Source of the DNA: Kiritimatiellia bacterium | GTDB lineage: Bacteria; Verrucomicrobiota; Kiritimatiellia; RFP12; UBA1067 | Length of the DNA: 64,000 nt | NCBI GenBank assembly: GCA_050949565.1 | Contig: JBMNFY010000017.1 | Coordinates: 608,001-672,000 of the forward strand | Direction of reading: 5' to 3' | Shown here: positions 28,718-38,264 of the stretch, piece after piece | Layout: every line of letters begins with the position of its first letter | Position numbering within the stretch: the first letter of the stretch is position 1 | Program-made: the position numbers and the translations under genes | The notes under the pieces: generated by a model | Told to the model about the DNA's origin: nothing | Seen by the model: the letters and a program-made list of their open reading frames with translations, nothing else | Databases searched by the model: none

Positions 28718-29581
28718 ATGTTTTTTATGAGCAGTTCCGACTATCTATTCTATCAGTTTCTTGCCGCCAGCTTTGCCACGCTGTTCGGGGCTTGTGTCGG
28801 CAGCTTCTTGAACGTCTGCATTTACCGCATCCCGCGCGATGAATCGGTGATCGCACCGCGTTCGCACTGTCCGCACTGCAACACGCTGATCCCATGGTAT
28901 CTCAATATCCCGGTGTTGAGCTGGCTTTGCCTGCGCGGCCGGTGCGCCACCTGCAAAGGCCCGATCTCCTTCCGCTACACGCTAGTGGAGTTGCTGACCA
29001 GCATGCTCTTTCTGGCGGTCTTTATGCAATGGGCGGTACCGAACGCGCTGCACATGACGCCGATCACCGACCCGCTGATCATCCCGATTTACTGGCTCTT
29101 TCTCTCGGGGCTGGTGCTCGGAACCTTCGTAGACTTCGAACACTTCATCATCCCAGACTCCGTCACGATCGGCGGTATGGTGGTAGGTCCCCTGTTGAGC
29201 GCACTGGTTCCGGCGCTGCACGGCCAAACCGTCTGGTGGCAGGGGCTACGTTGTTCAGTCACGGGGCTGGCTGTCGGTTTCGGCCTACTGTACGCGGTCG
29301 GCTGGCTCGGCACACGCGCCTTTAAGAAAGAGGCCATGGGGTTCGGCGATGTAAAACTGCTGGGCGCGATCGGCGCGTTTCTGGGATGGAAGGCGGTGCT
29401 CTTCACAATCTTCGCATCGTCGCTGCTGGGCAGCGTAGCGGGATTGCTGTTAATCGCCTTTGGCGGGGTCAAGATGCAGAGCCGCATTCCCTTCGGCCCC
29501 TACATCTCGATGGGTGCCACCGTCTGGCTCTTTTGGGGAGAGAAGATCCTCGCTCTATACATCGGTCTGATGCGGCCTTGA
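28718..29581 (+). CDS. pilD: Prepilin peptidase (A24)
   Basis: GSFLNVCIYRIP, SHCPHC, NIPVLSWL.LRGRC..C, MGFGDVKL, IPFGPY. Confidence 0.95.
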   Translation: MFFMSSSDYLFYQFLAASFATLFGACVGSFLNVCIYRIPRDESVIAPRSHCPHCNTLIPWYLNIPVLSWLCLRGRCATCKGPISFRYTLVELLTSMLFLAVFMQWAVPNALHMTPITDPLIIPIYWLFLSGLVLGTFVDFEHFIIPDSVTIGGMVVGPLLSALVPALHGQTVWWQGLRCSVTGLAVGFGLLYAVGWLGTRAFKKEAMGFGDVKLLGAIGAFLGWKAVLFTIFASSLLGSVAGLLLIAFGGVKMQSRIPFGPYISMGATVWLFWGEKILALYIGLMRP

Positions 29582-29613
29582 ACGGCATGCGACAGTGCGC
29601 AAAGGAAATCGAC

Positions 29614-30204
29614 ATGTCCGACAAACTGTATGTCTCAGCGAACGACTACCTGCGCGACTGTTTTCGGTTGGCGCGCATGGTCCTCGACTCCGGCTGGTTG
29701 CCCGACGATTTGATCGTGCTCTGGCGTGGCGGTGCGCCGGTCGGTGTGGGTGTTCACGAATTTCTCCACTACCACGGCCTGCGGCCACGCCACCGTGTGC
29801 TGAAGTGCCAATCCTACACCGGTATTGAGACGCGTGAACACACGGTCACATTTGACAACGCGGAGGGCCTGTTTTGCTCCCTCCAGACTGGTTCGCGCGT
29901 CTTGGTGATTGATGACGTCTTCGACACCGGCAATACTGCACGCGCGGTCTTCGAGCGTCTGCGCCCCCGCTGTGTCGAGGCCCGGCTCGCCACCGTGTAC
30001 TGGAAACCCAACGCCAACCAGACCGACCTGAAACCCGATTACTACGTGCACGAGACCGACCGCTGGATCGTCTTTCCGCACGAACTGGACGGCCTGACGC
30101 CGGATGAGATCAAGCAGAAAGACGCCGTGATTTTCGACCTATTCAGTCCACGTACATCGGCGGCGGCGCAGCCCGCTCGAAACGGCCCGTCGGACCGGTC
30201 TTAA
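29614..30204 (+). CDS. Type I phosphoribosyltransferase (purine-salvage-like)
   Basis: AAGGA RBS; WRGG, VLVIDDVFDTGNT, WIVFPHE. Confidence 0.88.
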   Translation: MSDKLYVSANDYLRDCFRLARMVLDSGWLPDDLIVLWRGGAPVGVGVHEFLHYHGLRPRHRVLKCQSYTGIETREHTVTFDNAEGLFCSLQTGSRVLVIDDVFDTGNTARAVFERLRPRCVEARLATVYWKPNANQTDLKPDYYVHETDRWIVFPHELDGLTPDEIKQKDAVIFDLFSPRTSAAAQPARNGPSDRS

Positions 30205-31276
30205 CGCCGGAGCCGGTGAGCTTGAACAGCATCGTGATGCCGGCCACCATCAGCACGACCATCAGCACGCCGAGACCACCGAACACCCACGCCCGACGCG
30301 GCAGGTTCAAAGACGGCAGATTCAAATGCGGCAGACTACGCCCGACCCCGTCTTTGAGCCGGGAAATCCCGTCCATGAACGTCTGCATGCGCGCACGGCG
30401 GCGAGCCTGCACCTCTTCATCTTCCAGCGTGGGCATGGCGTCGCGGTCTATCCTTCCGCCGATCTGGAAAATCGGCAACTTACCCTTGTGCGCTACGGGG
30501 GTCCTGGGTTCAGCGCGCGGGTGATGCTCCGCCTCGGCATCTGTCGGCACAGGCGCGGGCTCCGCGTCCGCACCGCGCTCTGCGTGAGAAGCAACGGACG
30601 CCGCGCGGAAGAGATCCAGATCATCGGTCTCGTCATAAGTCTGCTCCGGCTCAACCACCAGCACCGGCCGGAAATCTTTTTTGGGTTCGGGAGCGCGACT
30701 GGTCTCCGACGGCGTCGACACGGCAACGACCGGCGATTCATCCGCCGGGGGTGCCTCCCGTTGTTCAGCATCATCCGGCAGCGGCACCGAACGCACCGCA
30801 GGGCGCGGCTCCACCGACTGACGCTGCGGCGTGCGCACGGCCACCGGCGCATCGTCCGCAGTCTGCGCTGACGGCGTCGGCGCAGGTTCGGGCACCGACA
30901 CAGTCTCGGGCACAGATGTCGGTGCTGAAACAGATGCTGGTGCAGGCGCTGGTGCGGCAGGCGCAGATGCCGGTGTCGATACGACCGCAGGCGCGGGGTC
31001 GGCGGCCGGCTCGACCTCCTTGGTCACCACCGCCGGAGGGCGCGCGCCGCTGTAAAGGTTCATGAAATCACGGATCAATGGCTCGGGGTCCAGTTCCAGA
31101 AGTTCAGCGTACAGCTTAACGAAACCACGACCGTAGATCGGTGCAGCAATGCGGCGGAAATCCTCTTTTTCGAGTCCCTCGACCACCTGTACCAACATAT
31201 GCGTGCTCTCGGCCACATCTGACGGAGTCAGCCCTTTTTGCACGCGTGCGTTGCGCAAGATCTCACCAAATGCCAT
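30143..31276 (-). CDS. RodZ-like XRE HTH protein with Pro/Ala linker and C-terminal TM
   Basis: FGEILRNAR...LEKEDF...YGRGFVKLYAELLELD; follows ftsK. Confidence 0.82.
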   Translation of the reverse strand: MAFGEILRNARVQKGLTPSDVAESTHMLVQVVEGLEKEDFRRIAAPIYGRGFVKLYAELLELDPEPLIRDFMNLYSGARPPAVVTKEVEPAADPAPAVVSTPASAPAAPAPAPASVSAPTSVPETVSVPEPAPTPSAQTADDAPVAVRTPQRQSVEPRPAVRSVPLPDDAEQREAPPADESPVVAVSTPSETSRAPEPKKDFRPVLVVEPEQTYDETDDLDLFRAASVASHAERGADAEPAPVPTDAEAEHHPRAEPRTPVAHKGKLPIFQIGGRIDRDAMPTLEDEEVQARRRARMQTFMDGISRLKDGVGRSLPHLNLPSLNLPRRAWVFGGLGVLMVVLMVAGITMLFKLTGSGVKTGPTGRFERAAPPPMYVD

Positions 31277-31305
31277 CGCTCACCTCACCGTTACGTTACA
31301 CCGAA

Positions 31306-33999
31306 TCACTCCGGGCTTCCTTCCCCGGCCGCCGTATCACTATCGTCATCTGCTGCGGCAGTCTGATCCGCAAAGGGAGTATTGGAAGGGATTTCATTGT
31401 CTAAGTCAACCAAGATCTCGCGTGTGTTGGAACCGACCTGCGGTCCGACGATGCCGCGCTCCTCCAGTTTGTCCATCAATCGTGCGGCGCGCGTATAGCC
31501 GATACGCAGGCGACGTTGCAACATCGTAGTCGACGCGCGGCGTGTCATGCGGATCACCTCCAGCGCGTTGGGGATCAGTTCGTCATCAGGATCGTCGCCC
31601 CCCCCGGCCTCCACGTCTGCTATGGGTGCGCCGTCTTCTTCAATGTCATCGGCCAGAGTGTCATCAGGGTCATCCTCTTTGATCTTGTCGAGCCGTCCGA
31701 TCAGCACCTGATCGTAACAGGGCTGGCAATGCGTCTTGACGAAATCGACCACACGGGAGATCTCTTCGTCGCTGACCCACGCGCCCTGCGCGCGCATGAG
31801 TTGCGACCCCTCGCGCAAGAAAAGCATATCGCCCTTACCGATCAACTCCTCGGCGCCGGGGCTATCGAGGATCGTCCGGCTGTCATTGGATTGCGAGACC
31901 TTGAAAGCGATACGTCCGGGAATATTGGCTTTGATGGTGCCGGTGATAACATCCACCGATGGCCGCTGCGTCGCCAGAATCAGATGAATGCCAACCGCAC
32001 GCGAGAGCGAGGTGAGACGGCTGATAGCCGGCTCGACCTCCTTACCCACCGCCGCCATGATGTCGGCCACCTCGTCAACCACGATCACGATATACGGCAG
32101 GCGCTTCGGGGTATCTTCCTCACCTGCGTCGGCGGCACTTCCATCGTCGAACAGATCCTCCTGCTTCACCACTTGGCGGTTGTTGAAAGCCACGATGTTG
32201 CGGCAGTTGACCTTCTGAAAGAGCCGGTAGCGCTTATCCATCTCGGTGATGGCCCAGCGCAGGCCGAAAGCCACTTTCTTAGGATCATTGATCACCGGCA
32301 CCAGCAGGTGCGGCAGATCATTGTAGCAGGTGAATTCCACACGCTTGGGATCGACCAGAATCAGGCGCAACTGCTCAGGCGTCCGGCTCATCAGGAAACC
32401 GTTCAGGATTGAGTTCAGACAGACGCTCTTACCCGATCCGGTGGCGCCAGCCACCAGCAGGTGCGGCGCTTTGGCAAGATCGTAGATCAGGTCATTACCG
32501 GCCACATCCTTGCCCAGCGCCAGCGGAATTTCACAGGTGTTGTTACGCCACGCCTCGCCCTCCACGATTTCACGGAAGGTCACCGGGCTAGCACGGCGAT
32601 TAGGTAACTCAATGCCCACCGCGTTTTTGCCGGGGATCGGCGCCAACACGCGCAGACTGCGCGCCTCAAGCGCCATTTGCAGATTGGCAGTCAGACTGGC
32701 GATGCGCTCGACTTTGATGTTCGGCGCCGGCCGCAGTTCGTACTGCGTGACGACCGGTCCGGGCGTCGTACCGACAACCTCAACCGGCACATTGAACTGG
32801 CTCAGTGTTTCGACCAAAATCTCGGCTGTCTTGTTGATATCGCCATGATCAGCCCTGCTCTTAGAAACCGGATTCAGTAGCGAAATCGGCGGCAACCGAT
32901 ACTCCTCGGGCGGTTGCGGTGCCGGCGTACGCGTCGCCGCCGGACGGGCAGGCGCAGCGGATGCAGCGGACGTAGCGGGTTTCGTAGCAACCGGCACAGA
33001 CTCCAGAGACGCGACCGGCACGGGCGCCGGAGCCGGCGACGAAGCGACAGACCGCGCAGCGGGCGCACGCCCACGTTCGCGCTCGGTGGCGGCAGCGGCG
33101 GCCCGCTTCGCCTCCTCGATACGTTTTAGCAACCGCTCGGTGGCGGGGCTGTCAAAGCGTCCCGGCTCCTTGGATTGAGCGCGCGCCTCTTTGCGCTGCC
33201 GCGCCTCTTCAACACGTGCCTCCTTTTTACGCCGGCGTTCCTCGGCACGTTCGGCCTTCGCTTTTTTCCGTTCCTCTGCGCGCGCCTGCTTTGCCTCTTG
33301 CTTGGCCTTGGCGACCTGCTCCTTGACCGCTGCTTGATCTTGGCGCTCGCGCGCAGTTTGTCCGTCATCTTGACCGATCTCGTCTTCGTCCTGCGCCGCC
33401 TGCCGCGCCTCCCACCAACCCGTCAAACGCCCCAGTCCATCAAAGAGCGTCCGCAGCCCGATGGCCATCAGCAAGGTGAAGAGCATGATGCTCACCATCA
33501 GCATGCCGCCGCCCACCGGACTGAACCAGCGTTCCAGCAGACAGGTCATCAGCCAATAGCCGATCGCACCGCCGGCGTTGGGCTTCATGTTGATCCGCTC
33601 CAGTGCACCCGCAAAAATCGTCTCGCTGCCCAGTTGCGTCAAACAGCAAAGCGCCACGACAAACAGCAACATCCAGAAGGCGCGCCGCCCCATATGCACA
33701 ACCCGGCCATACAACAGCAGGCCGCTGAAAATCAGCGCGAAGAAGGGCACGACCCAAACCGTCAGCCCCATGACGCTATAGCCGATAAATGCAGACCACG
33801 CACCGACTAGGCCTATCAGGTTTGCCGGTGGCGAGAGCGGCGGCGCATTCAGCCACGAGATATCGCGCCAGTTATAGGTCACAAGGCTGAGCAACGGAAA
33901 CAAAATGATTGGAAAGAGCAACACACCGATAACGCGTCGATAACGCCTGCGCTCCAACTCAATTCTGTCTTTCCCGAAATCTTTAGTTTTAGCACCCAT
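31306..33999 (-). CDS. ftsK: DNA translocase FtsK
   Basis: N-terminal TMs; PHLLVAGATGSGKS, VDEVAD, LATQRPSVDVITG, LQRRLRIGYTRAARL. Confidence 0.97.
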   Translation of the reverse strand: MGAKTKDFGKDRIELERRRYRRVIGVLLFPIILFPLLSLVTYNWRDISWLNAPPLSPPANLIGLVGAWSAFIGYSVMGLTVWVVPFFALIFSGLLLYGRVVHMGRRAFWMLLFVVALCCLTQLGSETIFAGALERINMKPNAGGAIGYWLMTCLLERWFSPVGGGMLMVSIMLFTLLMAIGLRTLFDGLGRLTGWWEARQAAQDEDEIGQDDGQTARERQDQAAVKEQVAKAKQEAKQARAEERKKAKAERAEERRRKKEARVEEARQRKEARAQSKEPGRFDSPATERLLKRIEEAKRAAAAATERERGRAPAARSVASSPAPAPVPVASLESVPVATKPATSAASAAPARPAATRTPAPQPPEEYRLPPISLLNPVSKSRADHGDINKTAEILVETLSQFNVPVEVVGTTPGPVVTQYELRPAPNIKVERIASLTANLQMALEARSLRVLAPIPGKNAVGIELPNRRASPVTFREIVEGEAWRNNTCEIPLALGKDVAGNDLIYDLAKAPHLLVAGATGSGKSVCLNSILNGFLMSRTPEQLRLILVDPKRVEFTCYNDLPHLLVPVINDPKKVAFGLRWAITEMDKRYRLFQKVNCRNIVAFNNRQVVKQEDLFDDGSAADAGEEDTPKRLPYIVIVVDEVADIMAAVGKEVEPAISRLTSLSRAVGIHLILATQRPSVDVITGTIKANIPGRIAFKVSQSNDSRTILDSPGAEELIGKGDMLFLREGSQLMRAQGAWVSDEEISRVVDFVKTHCQPCYDQVLIGRLDKIKEDDPDDTLADDIEEDGAPIADVEAGGGDDPDDELIPNALEVIRMTRRASTTMLQRRLRIGYTRAARLMDKLEERGIVGPQVGSNTREILVDLDNEIPSNTPFADQTAAADDDSDTAAGEGSPE

Positions 34000-34008
34000 G
34001 ATAAAAAC

Positions 34009-35217
34009 TTAACCTTCGTGGCATGGGCGTCCCGCCCATGAAACACGGGCAAGGTGCCTGTGCCACACTTGCGAGCGAGGGGGTTTGCAAGCGCCTCCTT
34101 CAACAGGCTGCGACGCGGCCGGCTCGGCCGGAGTTGAGACTGCGGCGGGAGCGGACGCAGGCGCCGAATCTGGGGTTGGGGCGGCGGGCGCAGGCGCCGG
34201 GGTCGGAGCTGGAACTGGAGTTGACGCTGGGGGAGTTGGGGCGGGAGTCAAGCGCACCACGGGCGGCGTGGCCTTGAGCTCATCCACAGCGAGCCCCTGC
34301 TGCACGTGCACCGTCACCGGCACGTCATTAGTGGCAGTCAGCGTGGCCACCGGGATTGTGCCATTCACCGAAGCGATGACCTGCCCAAAGGTGATCGCTT
34401 TGATCACCTCCGACCGGCCGGCCACCTCAATATCGACCCAGGGAGGATCGACCAGCCAGCGATTGGCGTCACCTGGCGGCTGCATCACGACAACTGGCAC
34501 ACGTTCCAGCCGAATCGTCGCCTTTTCGCTGATAACCAACACGTTGACCACCATGTCAGAGGGCTCCACCACTGCGTTCACCGCCTCACCCGGCGGATAG
34601 AGCTTCACACGCGCGGTGAAGGGTTGCGAACGCCCCTCGACGTCAATCGGGTCGGTCTGAACCCGCACGGCATCAAGGTCCAGCGGGCTCAGCACCCGGC
34701 GCGAACCTTTCACAACGGCGTTGGTCTGATCGTAGACGAGTTGCACCCGACCGCGCGCTTTGCCGCGGATCTCCGGCGGCGCGACCGCCACATTCAGCGA
34801 CATCGGCACGTCGAACTTGACCACCGCCTCATTCGGATCGATCGACACGACACGCACGCCACGCACGCCGCGCAGGTTCGAGGCTCGGATTTTCACCGTT
34901 ACCGTATCGAGCAACGAGGTGATCTTTTGCTTGGGCCGCACCACACAGCTCATCTGAGCGGTGTCGAGCTTGTTGACCTCAGAGTAAGAGCCTCGGAAGG
35001 TGATCTGCACCGCACGCGGCTCAATCGACTCAATCGCGGCACCCATGCTGGCGGCGTCGAAATCGGCCTCGACCGGAATCGTCACCACGCGCAGATGGCT
35101 GATCTCTGCACGGATAGAGAAGTGGACCAGAACCGCGATGAACAACGAGAGCAACTTCCAGTGGCCGTTTTTGACAAACACGATCCTGAGAACGGTAAGC
35201 ACCTGTTCGCGCGTCAT
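34009..35217 (-). CDS. CdaR/YbbR-like protein; C-terminus reads through a MITE remnant
   Basis: N..WKLLSL N-terminal TM, repeated P..V.V.G beta modules, overlaps the cdaA stop. Confidence 0.8.
   Translation of the reverse strand: MTREQVLTVLRIVFVKNGHWKLLSLFIAVLVHFSIRAEISHLRVVTIPVEADFDAASMGAAIESIEPRAVQITFRGSYSEVNKLDTAQMSCVVRPKQKITSLLDTVTVKIRASNLRGVRGVRVVSIDPNEAVVKFDVPMSLNVAVAPPEIRGKARGRVQLVYDQTNAVVKGSRRVLSPLDLDAVRVQTDPIDVEGRSQPFTARVKLYPPGEAVNAVVEPSDMVVNVLVISEKATIRLERVPVVVMQPPGDANRWLVDPPWVDIEVAGRSEVIKAITFGQVIASVNGTIPVATLTATNDVPVTVHVQQGLAVDELKATPPVVRLTPAPTPPASTPVPAPTPAPAPAAPTPDSAPASAPAAVSTPAEPAASQPVEGGACKPPRSQVWHRHLARVSWAGRPCHEG
34011..34097. mobile_element. Degenerate MITE related to the 47958-49679 IS
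   Basis: GGGTTTGCAAGCGCCTC end resembles the IS TIR; same hairpin pair as 50673-50772; other end decayed. Confidence 0.7.
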
Positions 35218-36065
35218 GGCGTCTCCTTCCGCGCGTCCCCGCGGGCATTCAGCAGCTTTGTGACACGCGCCTTCAACCAGTCAGTGAGCGTCGGCGGACC
35301 GCTAGTCTCATGCGGCATGGCTTTTTTCAGCCAACGCAACAAGACCTTCTCGACCTTCTCATCGCTGTAGCGGTGCAGACGCCCGTTGTGCGCCACGGAT
35401 ATCCTGCCGGTCTCCTCGGAGACCGCCACGATCACCGCGTCGGTCTCTTCGCTCAACCCCACCGCCGCGCGGTGACGCATGCCGGAGGTCGCCAACTCTG
35501 GTTGGTTTGAAACCGGGAAAAGACAGTGTGCGGCGGCGATGCGCCCATCCTGCAGGATGACCCCGCCGTCATGCAACGGCAACGGCGGCGTAAAAATCGA
35601 GATCAGCAGTTCGTGGCTGATCAGCGCGTCCAGCTTCACCCCGGAGTCCTCATAGCTGCCCAGCGAAATACCCCGCTCGACCGCGATCAGCGCGCCGATG
35701 CGCGCCCGCGACAGGTGGGTGACCGCCTGACAGAGCTTCTCCGATGCCGACGGCTCCCGCAGGACATACTGCCGGCCGAACAGGCGCTGCCCGCCCACCA
35801 ATGCAAGCATACGCCGAATCTCCTGCTGAAACACCACTACCATGCTCAACGCCAGATAGATCAACAGGAAATAAAACACTCTGGCCAACACGTCAAAACG
35901 GAACAGATACGTGAACAGCAGCAACGAGACCACCAGCAGACAAAACCCCAGCAAAACCTGAGCATTACGCGTGCCCCTTACGAAACGGATGAGGGTATAG
36001 ATCCCGAGATACAAGATCAGGATCTGCACCACATCATTAAAACCAATCTGGACTCCGCCGAACAT
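35214..36065 (-). CDS. cdaA: Diadenylate cyclase
   Basis: 3 TMs, FQQEIRR, PLHDGG, GMRHRAAVGLSEETDA, VSEETG. Confidence 0.93.
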   Translation of the reverse strand: MFGGVQIGFNDVVQILILYLGIYTLIRFVRGTRNAQVLLGFCLLVVSLLLFTYLFRFDVLARVFYFLLIYLALSMVVVFQQEIRRMLALVGGQRLFGRQYVLREPSASEKLCQAVTHLSRARIGALIAVERGISLGSYEDSGVKLDALISHELLISIFTPPLPLHDGGVILQDGRIAAAHCLFPVSNQPELATSGMRHRAAVGLSEETDAVIVAVSEETGRISVAHNGRLHRYSDEKVEKVLLRWLKKAMPHETSGPPTLTDWLKARVTKLLNARGDARKETP

Positions 36066-36109
36066 GTCAGCCTAGTTTGCCAAATTAATGGCTTAAGGAA
36101 AAGCCGCAA

Positions 36110-36400
36110 AGTTAAAAAGTGAGTAAGAAGTAATAAAGTAAGAGGTAAGAGGTAAGGGGTAATAAGGCGCGGGGCGCGGTGCCGGGATCGATTGTTGCAA
36201 CCACGCAATGGCTCGCAACCGTGAGAGTAAAAGCGCAATTTCAGCGTTATGAGTTCGATGTTCAGATGTTCAGCGTTCGCGGCGTTTCCCCTTGCATCTT
36301 CCCGCTTTTGACCCTACCATGGGCGGGAGCTTGGGTGAAAGGTAAGGTTTTCCACTTATTACTTATTACCCATTACCTATTATTTCTTATTCGTTATTCA
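36110..36400. repeat. Inverted heptamer arrays (GTAAGAG-like left, TTACTTA-like right) bracketing a divergent promoter region
   Basis: 7-bp periodicity at 36110-36167 and 36352-36400. Confidence 0.75.
36292..36320 (+). promoter_or_regulatory. Putative sigma70 promoter
   Basis: TTGCAT-17 bp-TACCAT upstream of the XylR-like gene. Confidence 0.45.
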
Positions 36401-36406
36401 CTCTCC

Positions 36407-37582
36407 ATGAAAGGGCTGCTTCAAAAAACACCCAAGGTGGTGCTGTTCTTGGCCACAAACGAAAAGGCGGGACGTGACAAACTGCAAGGCATCTTGCGCT
36501 ATGTCCGGCTCCACACCCCTTGGACCATCCACCTGCTGGAGAATCGCATCGGCGAGCAAAAGCTCGGCGATCCGCGTGCCTGGGGCGCGACCGGCATCCT
36601 CGTGGCGCGTATGCCCGACTCCATCCGGACGGTCGCGGATGCCGCCCTGCCGACCGTCGTGATGGACTCGCGCCTGCTCTATGCAGAGCGCTTGCCGCAT
36701 GCCTCTTTCGTCACCAGCGACTCCTCCGCCATCGGCTATGCAGGCGCAGATTTTTTTCTCAAACGCGGTTTCACCCACTTCGCCTATGTGGCCGACGCCG
36801 AGGCATGGGACTGGTCCACGCTGCGCTACCAAGCCTTCAGCGAGCGCTTACAGCAGGCCGGCCACACCTGCGAGCTGTACGGTAACGTCTCTAAACTGGA
36901 GCGCGTCGACTGGAGCGTCGACCAGCAGCGTCTGGCGCGTTGGTTGCTCGAGTTGCCCAAACCGACTGCCATTCTGGCCGCGCACGATCGCCGTGCCCGG
37001 CAGGTGCTTGAAACCTGCCAGCTCGCGGGACTGGAGGTTCCCAGCGACATCGCCCTGCTCGGCGTCGACAACGAAGATATCCTGTGCGAAAACACCACGC
37101 CCACCCTCTCCAGCATCCTGCCTGATTTCGAGGCGGGCGGTTACGAAGCCGCGCATCTGCTCGAACAACTCATGCGCCGCACCCTGCGCACCCCGCAGAC
37201 CCTTTTTTACGGGGTCAAGCAGATCGTCTCGCGCGAATCGAGCCGACCGAGTCTTATCTCTGACCGACGTTTTCTGAAGGGCATTGAGTTCATCCGCCTG
37301 AACTCCAGCGAGAACATCGGCGTTCCTGATGTCGCCGAACACATGGGCGTGTCGCGGCGCATGGCCGAAATGCTGTTCCGCAGATTCGCGGGGCACTCGA
37401 TTCTCGACGAAATCCGCCAGACACGCCTCGCGCGCCTCAAAACATTCCTTCTCGAAACCGCCCTGCCCATCGGCCAAATCAGCGCGCAGTGCGGGTTTCA
37501 GAACGAAATGCACGCCAAGCGCGTTTTCAAGCAATACACCGGCCAGACCATGCGGCAGTTCCGCCGCGGCGCTTCAACCTGA
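36407..37582 (+). CDS. XylR-like regulator (periplasmic-binding-fold sensor + AraC HTH)
   Basis: LPKPTAILAAHDRRA, VPSDIALLGVDNE, PTLSSI, C-terminal CGF...FKQYTGQTMRQFR. Confidence 0.9.
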   Translation: MKGLLQKTPKVVLFLATNEKAGRDKLQGILRYVRLHTPWTIHLLENRIGEQKLGDPRAWGATGILVARMPDSIRTVADAALPTVVMDSRLLYAERLPHASFVTSDSSAIGYAGADFFLKRGFTHFAYVADAEAWDWSTLRYQAFSERLQQAGHTCELYGNVSKLERVDWSVDQQRLARWLLELPKPTAILAAHDRRARQVLETCQLAGLEVPSDIALLGVDNEDILCENTTPTLSSILPDFEAGGYEAAHLLEQLMRRTLRTPQTLFYGVKQIVSRESSRPSLISDRRFLKGIEFIRLNSSENIGVPDVAEHMGVSRRMAEMLFRRFAGHSILDEIRQTRLARLKTFLLETALPIGQISAQCGFQNEMHAKRVFKQYTGQTMRQFRRGAST

Positions 37583-37603
37583 TAAGAACAACGCTCTTCG
37601 GTT

Positions 37604-38262
37604 TCATCCACAGATTCTCACAGATTACGCAGATTGGGGGGGATGGCACGGCTCGGGTTTCGGTTTAACCACGAAATACACGAAATACACGAAAAGGCAT
37701 GGCTACGGGTTCGTTTAACGCAGAGGCGCAGAGGTGTGGCACGGGCATCTTGCCCGTGTTTCATGGTTTCATTTTTCGACATGATTAACATGATTGACAT
37801 GATTTCTCGCTGCGCGAGCGCATAAAGGTTGTGACGAAGCGTAGGGACGAAGTGTCGCGACGAAGTGCGGCTCGTGGAGACACTCGCCCTCCCGACCCAC
37901 TTGAAAGTTGAGCGTTGAGCGTTGAACGTTGAGCGTTCGGGATTGAAGTGCCCTTTCAGGGCACGCTGGCGCGGAGCGACGGCACCCAGAGCTACGCTTC
38001 GCTTGCCCTGGGCTAAGGTGAAGCCGCCCCTTCGGGGCTGTGCCTCCACGCACAGCGCGGAAGAAAAACTCTCAACGCTCAAGTGGCGCGGATCGCGGGG
38101 ACGCTCGCCCCCAAACAACCTCTGTGCCCTCTGTGTTCTCTGTGGTTAAACAAACCCGAGTAGCGCCACCAAAAAAACCTCTGCGCCTCTGCGCCTCTGC
38201 GTTAAAAAATCCCGAGCAGCACCACCAAAAAATCTGTGTCCATCTGTGTAATCTGTGGATTC
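37604..38262. repeat. Largest intergenic mosaic: inverted 7/8/9/13-mer arrays plus several REP-like hairpins
   Basis: CACAGAT, CACGAAATA, CGCAGAGG, CATGATT, GACGAAG(C/T)G, TTGAGCG arrays on the left; CTCTGTG, CCTCTGCG, ATCTGTG on the right; GCCCTTTCAGGGC and GCCCCTTCGGGGC hairpins. Confidence 0.9.
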
Positions 38263-38264
38263 AC

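Noticed and set aside
37604-38262. CRISPR array
   Set aside because: No constant 25-40-bp repeat with unique spacers and no cas genes in the window
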